Under the pieces are notes generated by a model. That model saw only the letters and a list, made by a program, of their open reading frames with translations. It did no database searches and had not been told where the DNA came from. Shown here in pieces: positions 49,980 through 63,995 of a DNA stretch of 64,000 bases. Numbering within the stretch: position 1 is the stretch's first letter; every line of letters begins with the position of its first letter. The translations under genes and the position numbers were made by a program. The stretch spans positions 6,944,001 through 7,008,000 of the forward strand of contig CDPCPM010000091.1 of the NCBI GenBank assembly GCA_976551045.1. The letters run 5' to 3'. The stretch comes from Glaucostegus cemiculus (Eukaryota).

Positions 49980-50770
49980 ACTAAAATAAAACCAAAAAAT
50001 GCTGGAAAAACTAAGCAGGTCAAGCAGTACCTGTGAAAACAAACTGTTCTCATCTCAGGTCTTAGACCTTCACAACGGAAGGGGAGAAACAAGTTAGTCT
50101 GGGTAACGGCGAAAGTAGGGGCAGGCAGTAAGTGGAACAATGGGAATTTCTCTGATTGGATAAAATGTTGTTGAAAGGGCTGTTAAGCTCCTTTGCAATG
50201 TGTTGCTAATGCTGTAAAGTCTGTATAGCAACAAAACTGCTGGTGGAAATCAGTGGGTCAGGCAGAGGGATGGTCAACCCATCAGGGCAGATCAGTCTCT
50301 TGTGAAGGTCTGACCTAGGACATGCCCAGCAGACCAGACCATACAAACGAAAGGAGGTGATTACAGGCAAAAACAGCCAGACCTGATGCAAACAGGAGTT
50401 ATTTAAAGTTGGCAAATTCAATATTAAGTCTAGAAGGTTTCAGCATGTCCAGACAAAAGGTGAGAAGTTGATCCTTGACCTTGCATTAGCCCTAGGGTAG
50501 CAGTCCAGAATGGAGAATTAAGATGAATTAAAGTGATGGGGCATCCAGAAGCTCTGGTTCATTCCTGTGGACTGAATACAAGCTCTTAGTAAAGCGATCA
50601 CCCAATCTGTTTTTGGCTTTTCCAATATTCAGTATTGGAAAAGGCCACATTGTTAACAGTCAATGCCATGCACTAGATTGGAGGAAATGTAAATGAATTA
50701 TTGTCTTAGTTGGAAAGACCGAGTCACTGGGAGATGGAAATAGAAGAGGTGAAAGGAGTCTCAGTCATTG
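49980..50770 (-). mobile_element. Penelope-like fragment with terminal repeats
   Basis: Terminal-repeat motifs at ~49990 and ~50230; body homologous to 11520-11900. Confidence 0.6.
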
Positions 50771-52389
50771 AGTTCATTGAAAACCAGGATGGAGAGATTT
50801 GTAGTATTAAGGGATTATGGTGACGGTGCAGGAAAATGATGTTGAGGAAGAAGATCAACCATAATCTTCTTGAATTGCTGAGTAGGCTCTGAGTGCCGAA
50901 TGACATACTCCAATTTCTTGTGCATTTTTAACCAAAATCTATTATCAAACAATCTGCTGGAAGATTGAGTAGCATCAATGGGGGAAGGGAATTGAGTATG
51001 CAGGGTTTCAAACCCAAAACAGTTACAATTTTTCTTCCATCTCTTCTCTCCACCACCCCCCCACCCCCCAATAGATGCTGTGTAACCTGCTGAGTTCTTC
51101 CAGCAGATTTTGTTCCAGATGCCAGCTCCTGCAGTCTTGTATCTTCGTATCTTACTCTTACCAAACATCCTGGGGCAGGAACCTTCTTTTGTGTGCTCAT
51201 TAGAGATTTTAATACATTTTAATCTTACATTTTTACATTTGCATTTAAGTCTATATCATACTTCTGATTTGGCAGTGATGAACTTGTTCCAAGTCTGTAA
51301 TTTATTAATAACTTGCTGCTGGTGAGATGATCTTGAATGTAAAAATTCAACCTCTTCCTGGGCAGAGCATTTTGAACAAGTTCTCTCAAGTTAGTGTTGC
51401 CTCCATAAGATATAATTTTTGATACCTTTGCAGTACATTTGAGGATTCGGATGTGAATTTTATGGATATTTTCTGAATATTAGACCATTGATATTCAATT
51501 CATTTCCTTTGATTTGTATTTTAACTGCAGTCGTTATGGAAGCTTGTACTTGATTTCCATCAAACCTGCAGTATCATTATTGACACATTTATTTCTAATG
51601 TGTACCTTGCTTCAGTAAGTCTACCTATTTTAACTCTGTGCATGGCGAAAAATTATTAACTTTTTTGCCATCTTAATTATGTTAAGACTCTATTATTTAA
51701 GCACTAAGGAAAAGTACAGATTAACTCAGTAGATTGTTGTGACAAATGTGAAGTAATTGACAAGGATGTGAGTGCTGCCTTCAAACTGCAAATTTGATAT
51801 TTGTCAATCTCACTCTTTTCAATGCGTATTCTTTTGTTTCTGTGTTCAACTTTTGTGTGTGAGGAGAAAATTAGTTTTTCTAATCTTCTTTTGAACCTTG
51901 TAACTTGTTTTCTCTGTAACAAATACCCAAAGTCTGGAGTGTGCCTATATTGTCAAAAATGAATTAAATGAGCTTCATGATTTCTATTTTGAAGAATAGA
52001 AGTTAATCTCATGGAAACACACAAAGGCACAATCATATTAATGCTGAGAGAGGCCAGGATGGGGTTTAAGGACTTGGAGGGGGGGGTGGGGGGGGGTCAT
52101 AGTCTAAAGGTAAGATGTTGGCCATTTATCATTCAGATGAGAAATTCTTTCCTCCCGGAGGCTGTAAGTCTTTAGAATGCCCTCCTCAGAGGGCTGTGGG
52201 TGCCCAGTCAATGCGAATGTGCAAGACATGTAATTGGATTTTTAGCATTCAGGGACATTGGAACAGAATGATAATGTAAGTTTGAAGAAATTCAGCATTT
52301 TCTTGCTGAAGTTGGGAGCAGGCTCAGTGGGGCATGGTAATGGAGAGGAGGGCCCATGTGGTCTATTTTTGCTTTGTGAATGGTTCGAG

Positions 52390-55300
52390 TAGTATATTAC
52401 TCAAAGGATGATTGGTTTTTCAAGATGAATCATCCCAGCTCCTGGATATCACAACAGGAAATTCCTCGTGGCAAGTTCCTTGCCCAACTACCCTTGGCTG
52501 CTTCAACAACAATTTTTCTCTGATCATAAAGTTAGAAGTGGGGATGTCAGGTGGTGATTGCATAATGTTTCTGTTCACCTGTGTGCAGCAAGACCTAGAT
52601 TTGGACAGCCTTCAGGCATGGGAAAGTAACTGCAAGTCGCAATCAAAGACCATCTCCATTAGGAGTCTAACAACAAGCCTTTGACATTCAGTGATCTTAT
52701 CATTTATGAATGCCCCACCAATAACATTCTGGTGGTCACTGACTGAAAACCTGAATGGACCAACCACACAAATACAACAGCAGGCTATGTTTCCTGATAC
52801 CCCAAAGCCTATTTATTCACTGTCAACAGGACTGAAGATAACAGCATGATGGGATATTCACCACTTGATTTAATCAGTACAGCCACAACTCAAAGCTCAA
52901 TATCATTTAAAGCAGCCCTCTTTGATGGACACTTTTTTACAGGCTGCCCAATAGTGACAGGGTTATTGAGGAGCAGATAGGGAGGCAGATCCAAGAAAAA
53001 TGTGAGAATAACAGAGTTGTGGTGATGGGGGATTTTAATTTCCCAAATGTCGACTGGCGTCTCCAGACGGTGAGGGGTTTAGATGGGCTGGAGTTTGTTA
53101 GGTGTGCTCAGGAAAGGGTTCTTGACACAGTATGTGGATAGTGCTACGAGAGGAGAGGCTGTGCTGGATTTGATACTGGGTAATGAACCTGGTCAGGTGT
53201 CAGATCTCTCGGTGGGAGAACATTTTGGTGATAGTGACCATAATTCTATCTCCTTTATGTTGGCAATGGAGAGGGATAGGAACAGGCACACTAGAAAAGT
53301 GTATAATTGGAGTAGAGGGAACTATGAGGGCCCCAGGCAAGAAATTGGAAGATTAAATTGGGAGCAGATGTTCTGCGGGAAAAGTAGAGGATATGTGGCA
53401 GATATTCAGGGGCTATTTGTGTGGAGCTCTTCACAGACATGTTCCGATGAGACAGGGAAGTTGTGAGAGGATGCGGGAACTGTGGTGTACGGAGGCTATG
53501 ATAAAGCTAGTCAAGGAGAAAAGAAAAGTGCACAAAAGGTACAGGGAGCTAGGTAATATTAGAGATGTGGAAGAGTACAAGGCTAATAGGAAGGAACTTG
53601 AGAAAGAGATTAGGAGAGCCAGAAGGGGACAGGAGAAGGCCTTGGCGGGTAGGAGTAAGGAAAACTCCAAGGCGTTTAGGAGTAAGGAAAACTCCAAGGC
53701 GTTCTACAGGTATGTGAAGAGTAAGAGGATGAGATGTGAAAGCTTAGGGCCTATCAAGAGTGGAAGCGGGAAAGTGTGTATGGACTCAGAAGGAATAGCG
53801 GAGGTGCTTAATGAATACTTTACTTCGGTAGTCACTACGGAGAAGGATCTAGGGGATTGTAGTGGGGGCTTGCAGCGGCCAGAAAGGATTGAGTGGGTGG
53901 ATATTAGAAAGGAGGAGGTGCTGAAACTTTTGGAGAGTATTAAGTTAGCTAAGTCGCCGGGGCTGGACGTGATGTATCCCAGGTTGCTGTGGGAGGCGAG
54001 GGAGGAGATTGTGGAGCCTCTGACGATGATCTTTGCGTCGTTGATGGAGGCGGGAGAGGTTCCGGTAGATTGGAGGGTTGCGGATGTTGTGCCGTTATTC
54101 AAGATGGGGAATAGGGATCGCCCGAGCAATTATAGACCGGTGAGTCTTACCTCGGTGGTTGGTAAGCTGCTGGAGAGGATCCTGAGAGGCAGGATTTGTG
54201 AACACTTAGAGAAGTATGGCATGATTAGAAATAGCATGGTTTTGTCAAGGGCAGGTCCTGTCTGATGAGTCTTATAGAATTTTTTGAAGAGGTGACCAAG
54301 AATGACGATGAAGGGAGATCGGTAGATGTAGTGTATATGGATTTTAGCAAGGCTTTTGATAAGGTGCCCCATGCGAGGCTTATGGAGAAGGTGAGGAGAC
54401 ACGGGATCCAGGGGGACATTGCGGTGTGGATTCAGAATTGGCTGGCCCACAGAAGACAGTGGTTGTGGAAGGGTCGTATTCTGAGTGGAGGTCGGTGACC
54501 TCTGGTGTACCTCAGGGATCTGTGCTGGGACCCTTGCTGTTTGTCATCTTTATAAATGACCTGGATGAGGAAGTGGAGGGGTGGGTTAGTAAGTTTGCTG
54601 ACGACGCAAAGGTTAGGGGAGTTGTGGATAGTTTGGAGGGCTGTCAGAGGCTACAGAGGGACATAGGATGCAGAATTGGGCTGAGAAATGGCAGATGGAG
54701 TTCAACCCAGATAAATGTGAAGTTCATTTTGGTAGGTCGAATAGGTTGGCGGAATATAGAATTAATGGTGAGACTCTTGGCAGTGTGGAGGATCAGAGGG
54801 ATCTTGGGGTCCGAGTCCATAGGACGCTCAAGGCGGCTGCGCAGGTTGATTCCGTGGTTAGGAAGGCGTATGGTGTATTGTCCTTCATCGGTCGAGGGAT
54901 TGAATTTAGGACTAGGGCGGTAATGCTTCAGTTGTATAGGTCCCTGGTCAGACCCCACCTGGAGTATTGTGTTCAGTTCTGGTCGCCTCACTACAGGAAG
55001 GATGTGGAAGCTGTAGAGAGTGTGCAGAGGAGGTTTACGAGGATGCTGCCTGGAATGAGGAGCATGCCTTATGAGAGCAGGTTGCAGGAACTCGGCCTTT
55101 TCTCCTTGGAGAGAAGGAGGATGAGGGGGGACCTGATTGAGGTGTATAAGATGATGAGAGGTATGGATAGGGTAGATAGTCGGAGGCTTTTCCCCAGGGC
55201 TGAAATGGTGGCCACAAGAGGACATAAGTTTAAGGTGCTTGGGGGGAAGATATAGGGGAGATGTTAGGGGTAAGTTTTTTTACTCAGAAAAGAGTGGTGA

Positions 55301-55860
55301 GTGCATGGATTGGACTGCCGGAGATGGTGGTGGAGCTGGATACGATAGGGTCTTTCAAGAGACTGTTGGATAGGTACATGGAGATAAATAAGATAGAAGG
55401 CTATGGGTAAGCCTAATAGTGTGGGGACATGTTCGGCACAGCTTTGTGGGCCAAAGGGCCTGAATTGTGCTGTAGGTATCTATGTTCTATGACACCTAAT
55501 TAATCACCTAAACATTCATTCCCTACACCAATAGAATGTAATTGCTGTTGTGTATGCCATCTACAAAGTGCACTGTTGTTACTCATCAATGCCACTTTGA
55601 CAGCACCTCCCAAATCCATGACACCTCTAAACCGATCAAGGAGAATGATGAGAGCAGCAGGCACTTTAAGAACACCACAATCTTCAAGTTGTGATCCTGA
55701 CTTGGAAATGTATAGTCCTTCATCAGTACTCTTTCGCCAGCAACGTCATAGGAGTACCTTTGCCCGCCAGGCTGCAGCAGTTCAAGAAGGTGACACTATC
55801 ACTTTCTCAAGCAGTTATGGATGGGCAATAAATGCTGGCCTTCCAAATACCCAGATCCTG
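52390..55860 (+). mobile_element. Older CR1/L2-like LINE fragment split by a younger CR1 (parts ~52390-52932 and 55491-55860)
   Basis: Decayed RT remnant; the two flanks join into sequence homologous to the uninterrupted copy at ~45100-45490. Confidence 0.6.
52933..55490 (+). mobile_element. Long, relatively young CR1 LINE (endonuclease C-terminus, RT, 3' UTR), frameshifted
   Basis: [74 protein letters not shown]; (tctatg) tail; GACAC at 52928-52932 and 55491-55495. Confidence 0.92.
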
Positions 55861-56047
55861 AAAAATAAATAAAAGTGAATATGAAGTGGAATTACGTAAG
55901 TGCATTATGGTCTAGGATCTAATTAGATACATGAAATCTTAGCTTTTTTTTGTGTTGAATTTAAAATCTTGGACATATCGGTGGATGGGAGCTGTGAATG
56001 AGTGAAATTGCATGCTTCAATCTGAATTTGCCATTTGTTTCTTGCAG

Positions 56048-56119
56048 ATGTTGAAGATCTCCCACCATCTGTTCAGGAAAAGCTATTTGATGAGGTGCTT
56101 GATCGAGATGTACAGAAAG
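56048..56119 (+). CDS. ZRANB1: ZRANB1 coding exon 4 (too short for the ORF track)
   Basis: cttgcag|AT GTT GAA GAT CTC... = DVEDLPPSVQEKLFDEVLDRDVQK G|gtgatc; 72 nt, phase 1 to phase 1. Confidence 0.95.
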
Positions 56120-56807
56120 GTGATCAGTTTATTTTGTTTTTCAATTCTATTTGAACTGGTAAGATTTCTGACAGTGATTAAAGTTTAGTTTAAATTAGAC
56201 GGTGTATGTTTTCCTTGATTTTTCTAGGATTAATTTGGAGGAGTGCAAAGAAGTGATCCAGCATGGGAGGTCCAGGGGTAGCCGCCTTTCTCACCACTGC
56301 CATCTCCCCCGCCCCCCTCCCCCCACCCAATCCACCAGTCTCTTGCCCTCTTTCTCTTTTTCTTCCCCCGCTCTTGTGAATGAACAGTTTAATGATCTAA
56401 TTACATGATAAGCTCCAGGGGGTGTATGGCCTATACCTGTCCCATAAGGTGTGCAGGAGTGGGTCATTTTTCTTCGCTCCTGTTATCAGCAGATAATTGT
56501 TTGACCTTTAAGTGCTGCAGTCTAATTTACTATCTATTTGAGGTTTGACTGTCCAGAGATTTATGCACTAATTCATGCTCTTAAGATAGGTTCTATCTTA
56601 ACTGTTAACCAAAAAAAGCCAACTGAAATATAAAAACATATTGAAATATTCAAATTTCCAAGTAACAACTGGAGCATTGATTATCTTCTTTTTTTCCTTA
56701 ACTAAATCCAATTATTTCAGAAGTGTCAATTTTGTTAACTCTTAATTTGCAGTTTAGTTTAACTGCAGGCAAGGTTATTTTAATTCTTGTATATTCTGGA
56801 TTTGTAG

Positions 56808-57006
56808 AATTAGAAGAGGAGTCCCCTATTATAAACTGGTCTTTGGAGCTTGGAAGCCGTCTAGATAGTCGACTGTATGCTCTCTGGAATCGCACAGCAG
56901 GTGACTGTCTGCTTGACTCTGTACTACAAGCAACGTGGGGTATTTATGACAAAGATTCGGTTCTGCGGAAAGCTCTTCATGACAGCTTGCATGACTGCTC
57001 ACATTG
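56808..57006 (+). CDS. ZRANB1: ZRANB1 coding exon 5 (OTU domain with catalytic Cys)
   Basis: tttgtag|ELEEESPIINWSLELGSRLDSRLYALWNRTAGDCLLDSVLQATWG...CSHW|gtatga. Cys codon TGT at 56906-56908 is codon 443 of the spliced CDS. Confidence 0.97.
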
Positions 57007-59155
57007 GTATGAGTTTTAACTACAATGTCAATATTTGCAAAGAAAGTTTATTCAGTTCAATCTATAAAATTTAAGTGCTCCAGCAAGCTCTTGTGATTAA
57101 CCCAGAAAGCAAATAATGACTCTTCTAACACTGTAATCAAATATTGCTTTTGTAAAATCTTTTGTGGATTGGAATGAATAGGTGTAAAATCAGTATTTTT
57201 GAGTGAACTCTAAAACCATCCTCAAGTGTAGGGAGTTCACTGAAGGTGCCACACTTATACATATATTGTAAAATTATGGGAACATCTTCACCAGAAGATC
57301 TATTGCAATTTAAGAAGATGGGTTACCACCACCTTTTAAAAGGCAATTTGAGACAGGCAATAAATGCTAGCTCTGTCAGTGACATTTGCATCCCTAGAAA
57401 TAAATTTAATAATAACTTTTTATTAAATTGTGTAGTAATGTGCTGTCCAAAGTTTAACATCAATATGACCTGACTTAAGATCTTGGCCAAGTTCTCTGGT
57501 TTTTGGGCTGGACCTTGTTGGCTTAGAACCCTATCTGTTCATGCTGGGACTTAATTGATCAATGTGTAAGATTCAAATGACCTATCCTAATGGCCTTCCA
57601 CACCCCAATGTCCAGCAACATGGTCTTAGTAATTAATGTAGGTCATGTATCAAAATTTAATACCTTTTATGCACTTAAAAATTTAATTGCATATGTTATA
57701 GACTTTAAGGATACATTAATAACCATGACATATTGTTCCAGTGTTTTTTGGCCTATTCCCATGACTGTTATTTTTTAAAGTGTTGTTATTATTTGCCATT
57801 GTCCTAATTCAGTCTCATTCCAATTTTCTATTTCTAACCTAATTCTTGAAGCTGAGAGATATTTGCATTCACCACATCACTTGTGATCTTTCTAGCATCT
57901 TTTAACATTAACATTTATTCATTGTTTCAAAATATGGCCTTGTATACACGAGGGTAATGAAAGCCAAAGGATGGGAATTTCCAAAAAAATAATAGGTTCA
58001 CATTTGATATGAATCTGAAGAAACAAGAGGTACTTGTAACATAGTGAATACAGTTGATGTACAGCCCAAATTAGTTTATGATTCAGTCTAGGTTCAATCC
58101 AGCTGCTTGATCGATGTAAAGACTTGCAAATTAAAGTAGGAAGATTATTGATTAGTTATACAGCACATTGATAAGACTCTGGAATACTGTGTACAAATCT
58201 TGTCAAATTTAAGGAAGAATAATTCAATAAGACAACCAATATTGTATGTGGGTTGTCTTGTGAGGAAAGGTTGGGCAGGCCAGTCTGTATCCACTGGATT
58301 TTAGAAGAATGAAGGATGACTTGGATTGAAGCGGGCAAGTTCCTTAAGGGTCTCGACAGGGTGGATGTCATGAGGATGTTTTCTCTTGTGAGGAAATCTA
58401 GAACTTTGTCACCTTTTAATGGTTGCCTACTCTTACATTTATTAATCTGTAAATTAGTGGTAGTACATGTGCTCATGGATCACATCCTCAGTTATCCAGG
58501 TTCACTGTTAGCTTCAACAAGAATGTGTTGACTGGTGATGACTTCTCATCCATGTCACAAGCTTAACTGAGGTCTGACTTAACTGTTCATGTGGCTCTTA
58601 AAAATCCTATTCTAATGTATTACATAAATGCAAGCTTAATGCTTGGCTCTTTATAGGGATCTTTAAAATTATCCATACTTTCCTCATACTTCCTCATTTT
58701 GTATTTCAAGTTAGCAAATTGTAAGTTACAAAAATTATTTTAAGTTGGAGTAAGTAGAATGTTTCAGTAAAATCTAGTACCTCCTATGTGTGATGCATGT
58801 CAGTTCCTGTTTAACTGTTTGTGATAGTTTGGAAAAACCCCATTTCCACAATCCTCCAACCTAGATTCCAGTCATTTGCCTGATCTAGCCTTTAGTCATC
58901 TTAAGCCTTCCCTCAACTTGAACATCACAGCAGTGCTCTTGTTGCAATGAGATCCCAGAGAAAGAGCTTATTTTACTAGATACATGGTAGAAATTATAGG
59001 TCATTAAACCGCACCTGTATGGCCTCTGGACCACAGGTAGAGTATCCCTGCCATAGATACTTTTGTGTTAGAGTGAAATGTAAGATCAATGGTAATTATT
59101 TGCAGACTTTCCTTTCATATGCCATTATTATACCTAATCTTTTTTTTCTTGTTAG

Positions 59156-59276
59156 GTTTTATACACGCTGGAAGGAATGGGAGTCATGGTACTCTCAGAG
59201 CTTTGGGTTGCATTTCTCTCTGCGGGAGGAGCAGTGGCAGGAAGACTGGGCATTCATTCTCTCCCTTGCCAGTCAG
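59156..59276 (+). CDS. ZRANB1: ZRANB1 coding exon 6 (OTU)
   Basis: gttag|G FYTRWKEWESWYSQSFGLHFSLREEQWQEDWAFILSLASQ|gtaaat; 121 nt. Confidence 0.97.
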
Positions 59277-59914
59277 GTAAATGTATTTACTGCTGACTTA
59301 AAAGACTAGACATTTGTACTTGTGTATATTGGAATTTGAATGGATTGGATGTGGTAGAACTTCCCATTTTGACTTTTCTTAATGCTTTAAAAACATTAAA
59401 CCAATATCACCATCTATTTAATCTAGTTCTTCAGTTAATTATCATGGTGAAGACTTTTCCAGTTGAACATACTCATCTTGAAAAGCAAAAAACTGCCGAT
59501 GCTAGAAATCTGATTTAAAACAGTGTGCTGGAAGTACAGAACAGGTCAGACAGCATCTCTGGAGGGAAGTAGTCTTGTTTCAAGTCTATGACCTTTATTT
59601 CTGTTTTTATTTTAGATAAACACACTTGTTTCTCCAATTTGGCCGCTTTTGCAATAAATTTATTGCTAAAATATTGATTGAATCAAACATTTAAAAAAAA
59701 GACTAATTAGGGTAGTTCTAACATTGAATGCCAATTTATCTTCAAACTTCAGGAGTGCTCCCCTTCACCTGGCAAGCCATGAGTTGCCATTCTGTGAGCC
59801 ATGGTTTGGATGTCTGGCAATAAAGCAAGAAATATAAGAGCATATTACCCTTTCTGCCTACTGTTTATTTTGTCAAGCTATCATCCTTGCTCAGTCCCTC
59901 TCTAAAAATGTGTG

Positions 59915-60340
59915 TGACTGCACTGGAGAGGATGCAGAGGAGATAGACCAGGATGTTGTTTGGGGTGGAGATGTTCAGCTGTGTGATAGGCTGGATTTGC
60001 TTTCTTGGGAACACAAGTTTGGTGGTATACAAAACTGAGAGAATAGAAAGGATGGGTAGAACTTTTTCTCGTTTGCAGAAGTGTCTATAAACAGAGGTCA
60101 TACGTTTAGGGGGTAGGAGATTTAGAGGGACTTTAAGGAAGAATTCTTTTGACCCAGAGAACAAATGAAATCTGGAATGTACTTTCTGAGACGGTGGTGA
60201 AGCAGGTACATTCACAGTGATTTAAATAGTAAGTAGATGTGCACTTGCATAGATGACTACAGGTTGATTGCTGGAAAGTGGGATTGGTATGGACAGTTGC
60301 TTGACAGCTGAAAGACCTTTTTCCAGGCCATTTCACTCTG
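59915..60340 (+). mobile_element. Decayed CR1 3' fragment
   Basis: ALERMQRR.TRML and RGH...RFRGTLRKNSF remnants. Confidence 0.65.
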
Positions 60341-62019
60341 AATCAGACCCCCCAAATTCCTTTTCCCCTGGTGAGCACAGTCTTGATGTGGCCAGGTAAC
60401 ACAGTCCTCTATCATAAAATTCTAGCACTCCAAGTGAATGTTTTTCTTTAGCTGTTGTTTGGGTGGGTGAAATTTTTAATGTAATGATATTAAAATAAGA
60501 ATGTTGCAGCTTTTCAATTCATTGAATGTAAGGGTATTTTCTGCATAAGGCACTTTGCTCCAAGCTGACTGTAATGGGGAATTCCATGATCTAACTACCC
60601 TTTTTATACTGTTTTAAAAACATTTGATGACAAGATTCCATTGTTCTCAGATTTATATACTCTCCTGGAGTTTTTCCTTTGCATCACTATCTCACGACCC
60701 TCCTCCCCACCCCGCCCCACCTGCCCCCTCCCGTCAGGCATCTCCTATCTTCTCCTGCATCATCACAATATCCTATCTCCAGTATTGCTAAATCCCTTTT
60801 GTTAGTGGCTCATTTTGAGTCCTAATTGAATTGACCAGAGTTTTTAACTAGCCTTTTCATATTCTGTTCCTTGATCTTACTGGAAGGTTATATTTTGTGC
60901 TTCAACTAATTGGTAGGTAATTATTGTAACTGGTTTGGAAAACCTATATGAATATTTGGAAAACTTAATCATCCAAGAGCTGTTACACAGGGCAGAGCCA
61001 AGTAGTGCTCCAGATTTTTAACATTCCCACATTTGAGGTAAAGGGCAGGAGGTGGAAAATAGTCCACACAACTGCATAATTTTGTAGAAAAATGGATTAG
61101 ATCAGATTAATTGTTAACTTCATTTAAAAATATTATGCACAGGAAATGGGTGCCACCAGTGGATTGTTGAAATGCAAAAATAGTTAACATAAGCATAGAC
61201 AGCAGAAATATTTAAATGCATACACTTGAATCTAATTAGGTACTTCTTTAAAAAGGTGGCCAATAATTATTCTTCATAATTTTCTGCAATAGTTCAAGGA
61301 ATGAGCAGTGATAATATCTTGTTCCCAATTTGCTGGAAGTATTTGTTGATTATATGTGGGTTCTGAAGGGGTTGGGTAAGCAGCTGCTTGTATCATTAAA
61401 TCAGTTTAAAAAAAAGTGAAATTAAAAGTGAAGGGATTAAAGAGAGAAGTATAAAATGCAGTTAAATCATGTGCAGAGAGGTAGGGGAGAAGGGAAATTA
61501 AAGGAAATTTAAAATATTTATTTTTAATATTTCCAGTTAAAACTTAATTACTGCTGATCTCATCAATAGTTGCATGATTACAGATTTATGTACACTGTAT
61601 GAGTATTTCCTGCTCCAGAGGAACAGCAATGCGAAAAAGCAAAATTCAGAGGTTGAGGGAAATGTGACAATCTTTTGCCAAAATTTCCACATTTGCTATT
61701 CTTAGATCTCCCAACAACTACAATTCAGATTAGTTTATTTGTCATTGCACCCTGATGTATATGAAATTCCTTGCTCAAGTGAAGCTCAGAGTAAACAGTG
61801 TGTCTGAGAATGACAAATGTGCATATCGCACAGGCATGCAGAATTCCAGTCTTAACTAGACTGTATTAATATTTTACAAGTCCTAGTAGGTTGCATGGTT
61901 CCTAATTCTCACTCTTTATCTACAAAATGTGTTAAACTGTTAAAATATCTTTTATGTAAGCAATTAACCTTTTTTGAATGGAATTATGAATTTGAATTCA
62001 ATCATTTTACTCACTTTAG

Positions 62020-62149
62020 CCTGGAGCCAGTCTGGAGCAGACCCACATTTTTGTTTTGGCTCATATACTTCGCCGACCAATTATAGTATATGGAGTGAAG
62101 TACTACAAGAGTTTCCGTGGTGAGACTCTAGGTTACACCCGATTTCAAG
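62020..62149 (+). CDS. ZRANB1: ZRANB1 coding exon 7 (OTU); gene continues past the window
   Basis: ctttag|PGASLEQTHIFVLAHILRRPIIVYGVKYYKSFRGETLGYTRFQ G|gtaagg; 130 nt; no stop codon or catalytic His reached. Confidence 0.97.
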
Positions 62150-63329
62150 GTAAGGAGTTTGTAAATGACAGACTCATTTTGTCTACTAATAACTATTCCA
62201 AGCACTGCCTTGCTAACATTTGTAAAATAGAATGGCACAGGTTATACACTTAATATTCAAAACTGGCCTTGCATTCATCATCTTTTGGCTTGTATTACCC
62301 TTACTGAACCAAAGCCAACAACTAAACTGTAATAGGATGATTCCTCAGGCCATACAAATGTAAATTTTTTTTCATTGTCCTCTGCCAAATATATTTGTAA
62401 ACTAGTATCAGTTTGGAGGAAATCATTCTTACTGGTGTCTGCATTTTTCCATCACATAGTGTTTATATATAGATCTTTTAATATATTCTTTACTCCATGA
62501 TGGTGACAAGATTGCCTTACTTTTGGGTTTTAAGTAGTTGCAATTCAATGAAACATCTAGATTACTAACTTTATCTTATTTTTACTTTAGTTGAAGTGTA
62601 CAAGTATTGGTAATGAGATTAGTGATGTAAATAGCTTGTTGGGGGTCTTGAACATCATTAGATGTTGGACTTTTGTCTCAATATTAGTTTATATTAGTGG
62701 TAATATTTGTTTCAGTGCCCTTCCCCACCTGGTTCATTATGCTCATCTTTTTCCCTGTCTCTCTGCATCCCCCCACCCCCTTCCAGGTCTGGTTCCACTT
62801 ATTACCTACCAGTCTGTCTCAGTACTGCCCCCTCAGCACTTGGCTCCATTTGCTAGTTCTCCCCGTACCCTTTCTGGTTCCATCAATCTGCCTTGCCCCT
62901 CCTTCCCTCTCGTCTACCTGCAGTCACTTCCCTATAGCTTGTGACACTTTACTCTGTTCTATTATTTTTGCCCTGTAATACCTGAATGCCCTGTAATGAA
63001 TTGATCTGTACAAATGGTATGTAAGAAAAGTTTTTCACTGTACCTTGGTACATGTGACGATAATAAACTAATACCAACAATGGCCACCTCCCCTCTTCAA
63101 ACTGATTTGCTAGGACATGTAGGATTGCAAGGAAGGCAGCCTATTTCAAAAAGAAACTATGCTATATAACTGATTGTTCAGGGTTCTTAATTTTTCTGTT
63201 CTCATTTGTGTTGACACTAATTGCTTTATTTATTATCACATGTACCAGGATATAGTGAAGAGCTTTGTTTGCATGCCATCCTTGCAGATCATTCCATATA
63301 TCAGTACATCTGGGTAGTACAAAAGATAT

Positions 63330-63995
63330 GCCTCCATTATTTGGTCATGGCGTGCATCAACTCCAGCCTCCCAGACGACCTCAACCCAGTGCAATTTGCC
63401 TACTGTTGAAACAGGTCTAAGGCAGACACCATCTCCCTGGCCCTACACTCATCTCTGGAGCATCTGGGCAGTAAATACACCTATGTTAGACTATTGTTTA
63501 TTGACTACAGCTCCACCTTCAATACTATAATTCTGGACACAGGTTAGCACATCACGGAAGCTAGCCTCCCCTCCATGAACTCCGTCTATGCTTCTCGCTG
63601 CCTCAATAAAGCAGCCAGCATAATCGAAGACCCCACCGATCCCAGACATTCTCTTTTCTCTACCCCGCCCATCAGGCCGAAGATACAAAAGCCTGAAAGC
63701 AGGAGCCACCAGGCTCAAGGACAGCTTCTATCCCACTTTTATAAGACTATTGAACGGTTCCCTAGTAGGATAAAGTGGACTCTTGACCTCACAATCTACC
63801 TCGTTATGACCTTGCATCTTATTGTCTGCCTGCACTGCACTTTCTCTGTAACCATAACACTTTATTCTTCACTCTGTTATTGTTTTACCTTGTACTACCT
63901 TAATGCGCTGTTGTAGTGAATTGATCTGTGTGAACAGCATGCAAGACAGTTTTTCACTGCACCTGAATACATGTGACAAATATAAACCAATTCCA
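63330..63995 (+). mobile_element. Internally deleted Rex-type LINE
   Basis: LNPVQFAY...[11 protein letters not shown]...[17 protein letters not shown] jumps at ~63533 to ...RCLNKAASIIEDPTDPRHSLF and the 3' tail. Confidence 0.8.

Noticed and set aside
53431-55225. Minus-strand ORFs of 88-193 aa
   Set aside because: Antisense shadows of the CR1 ORF2.
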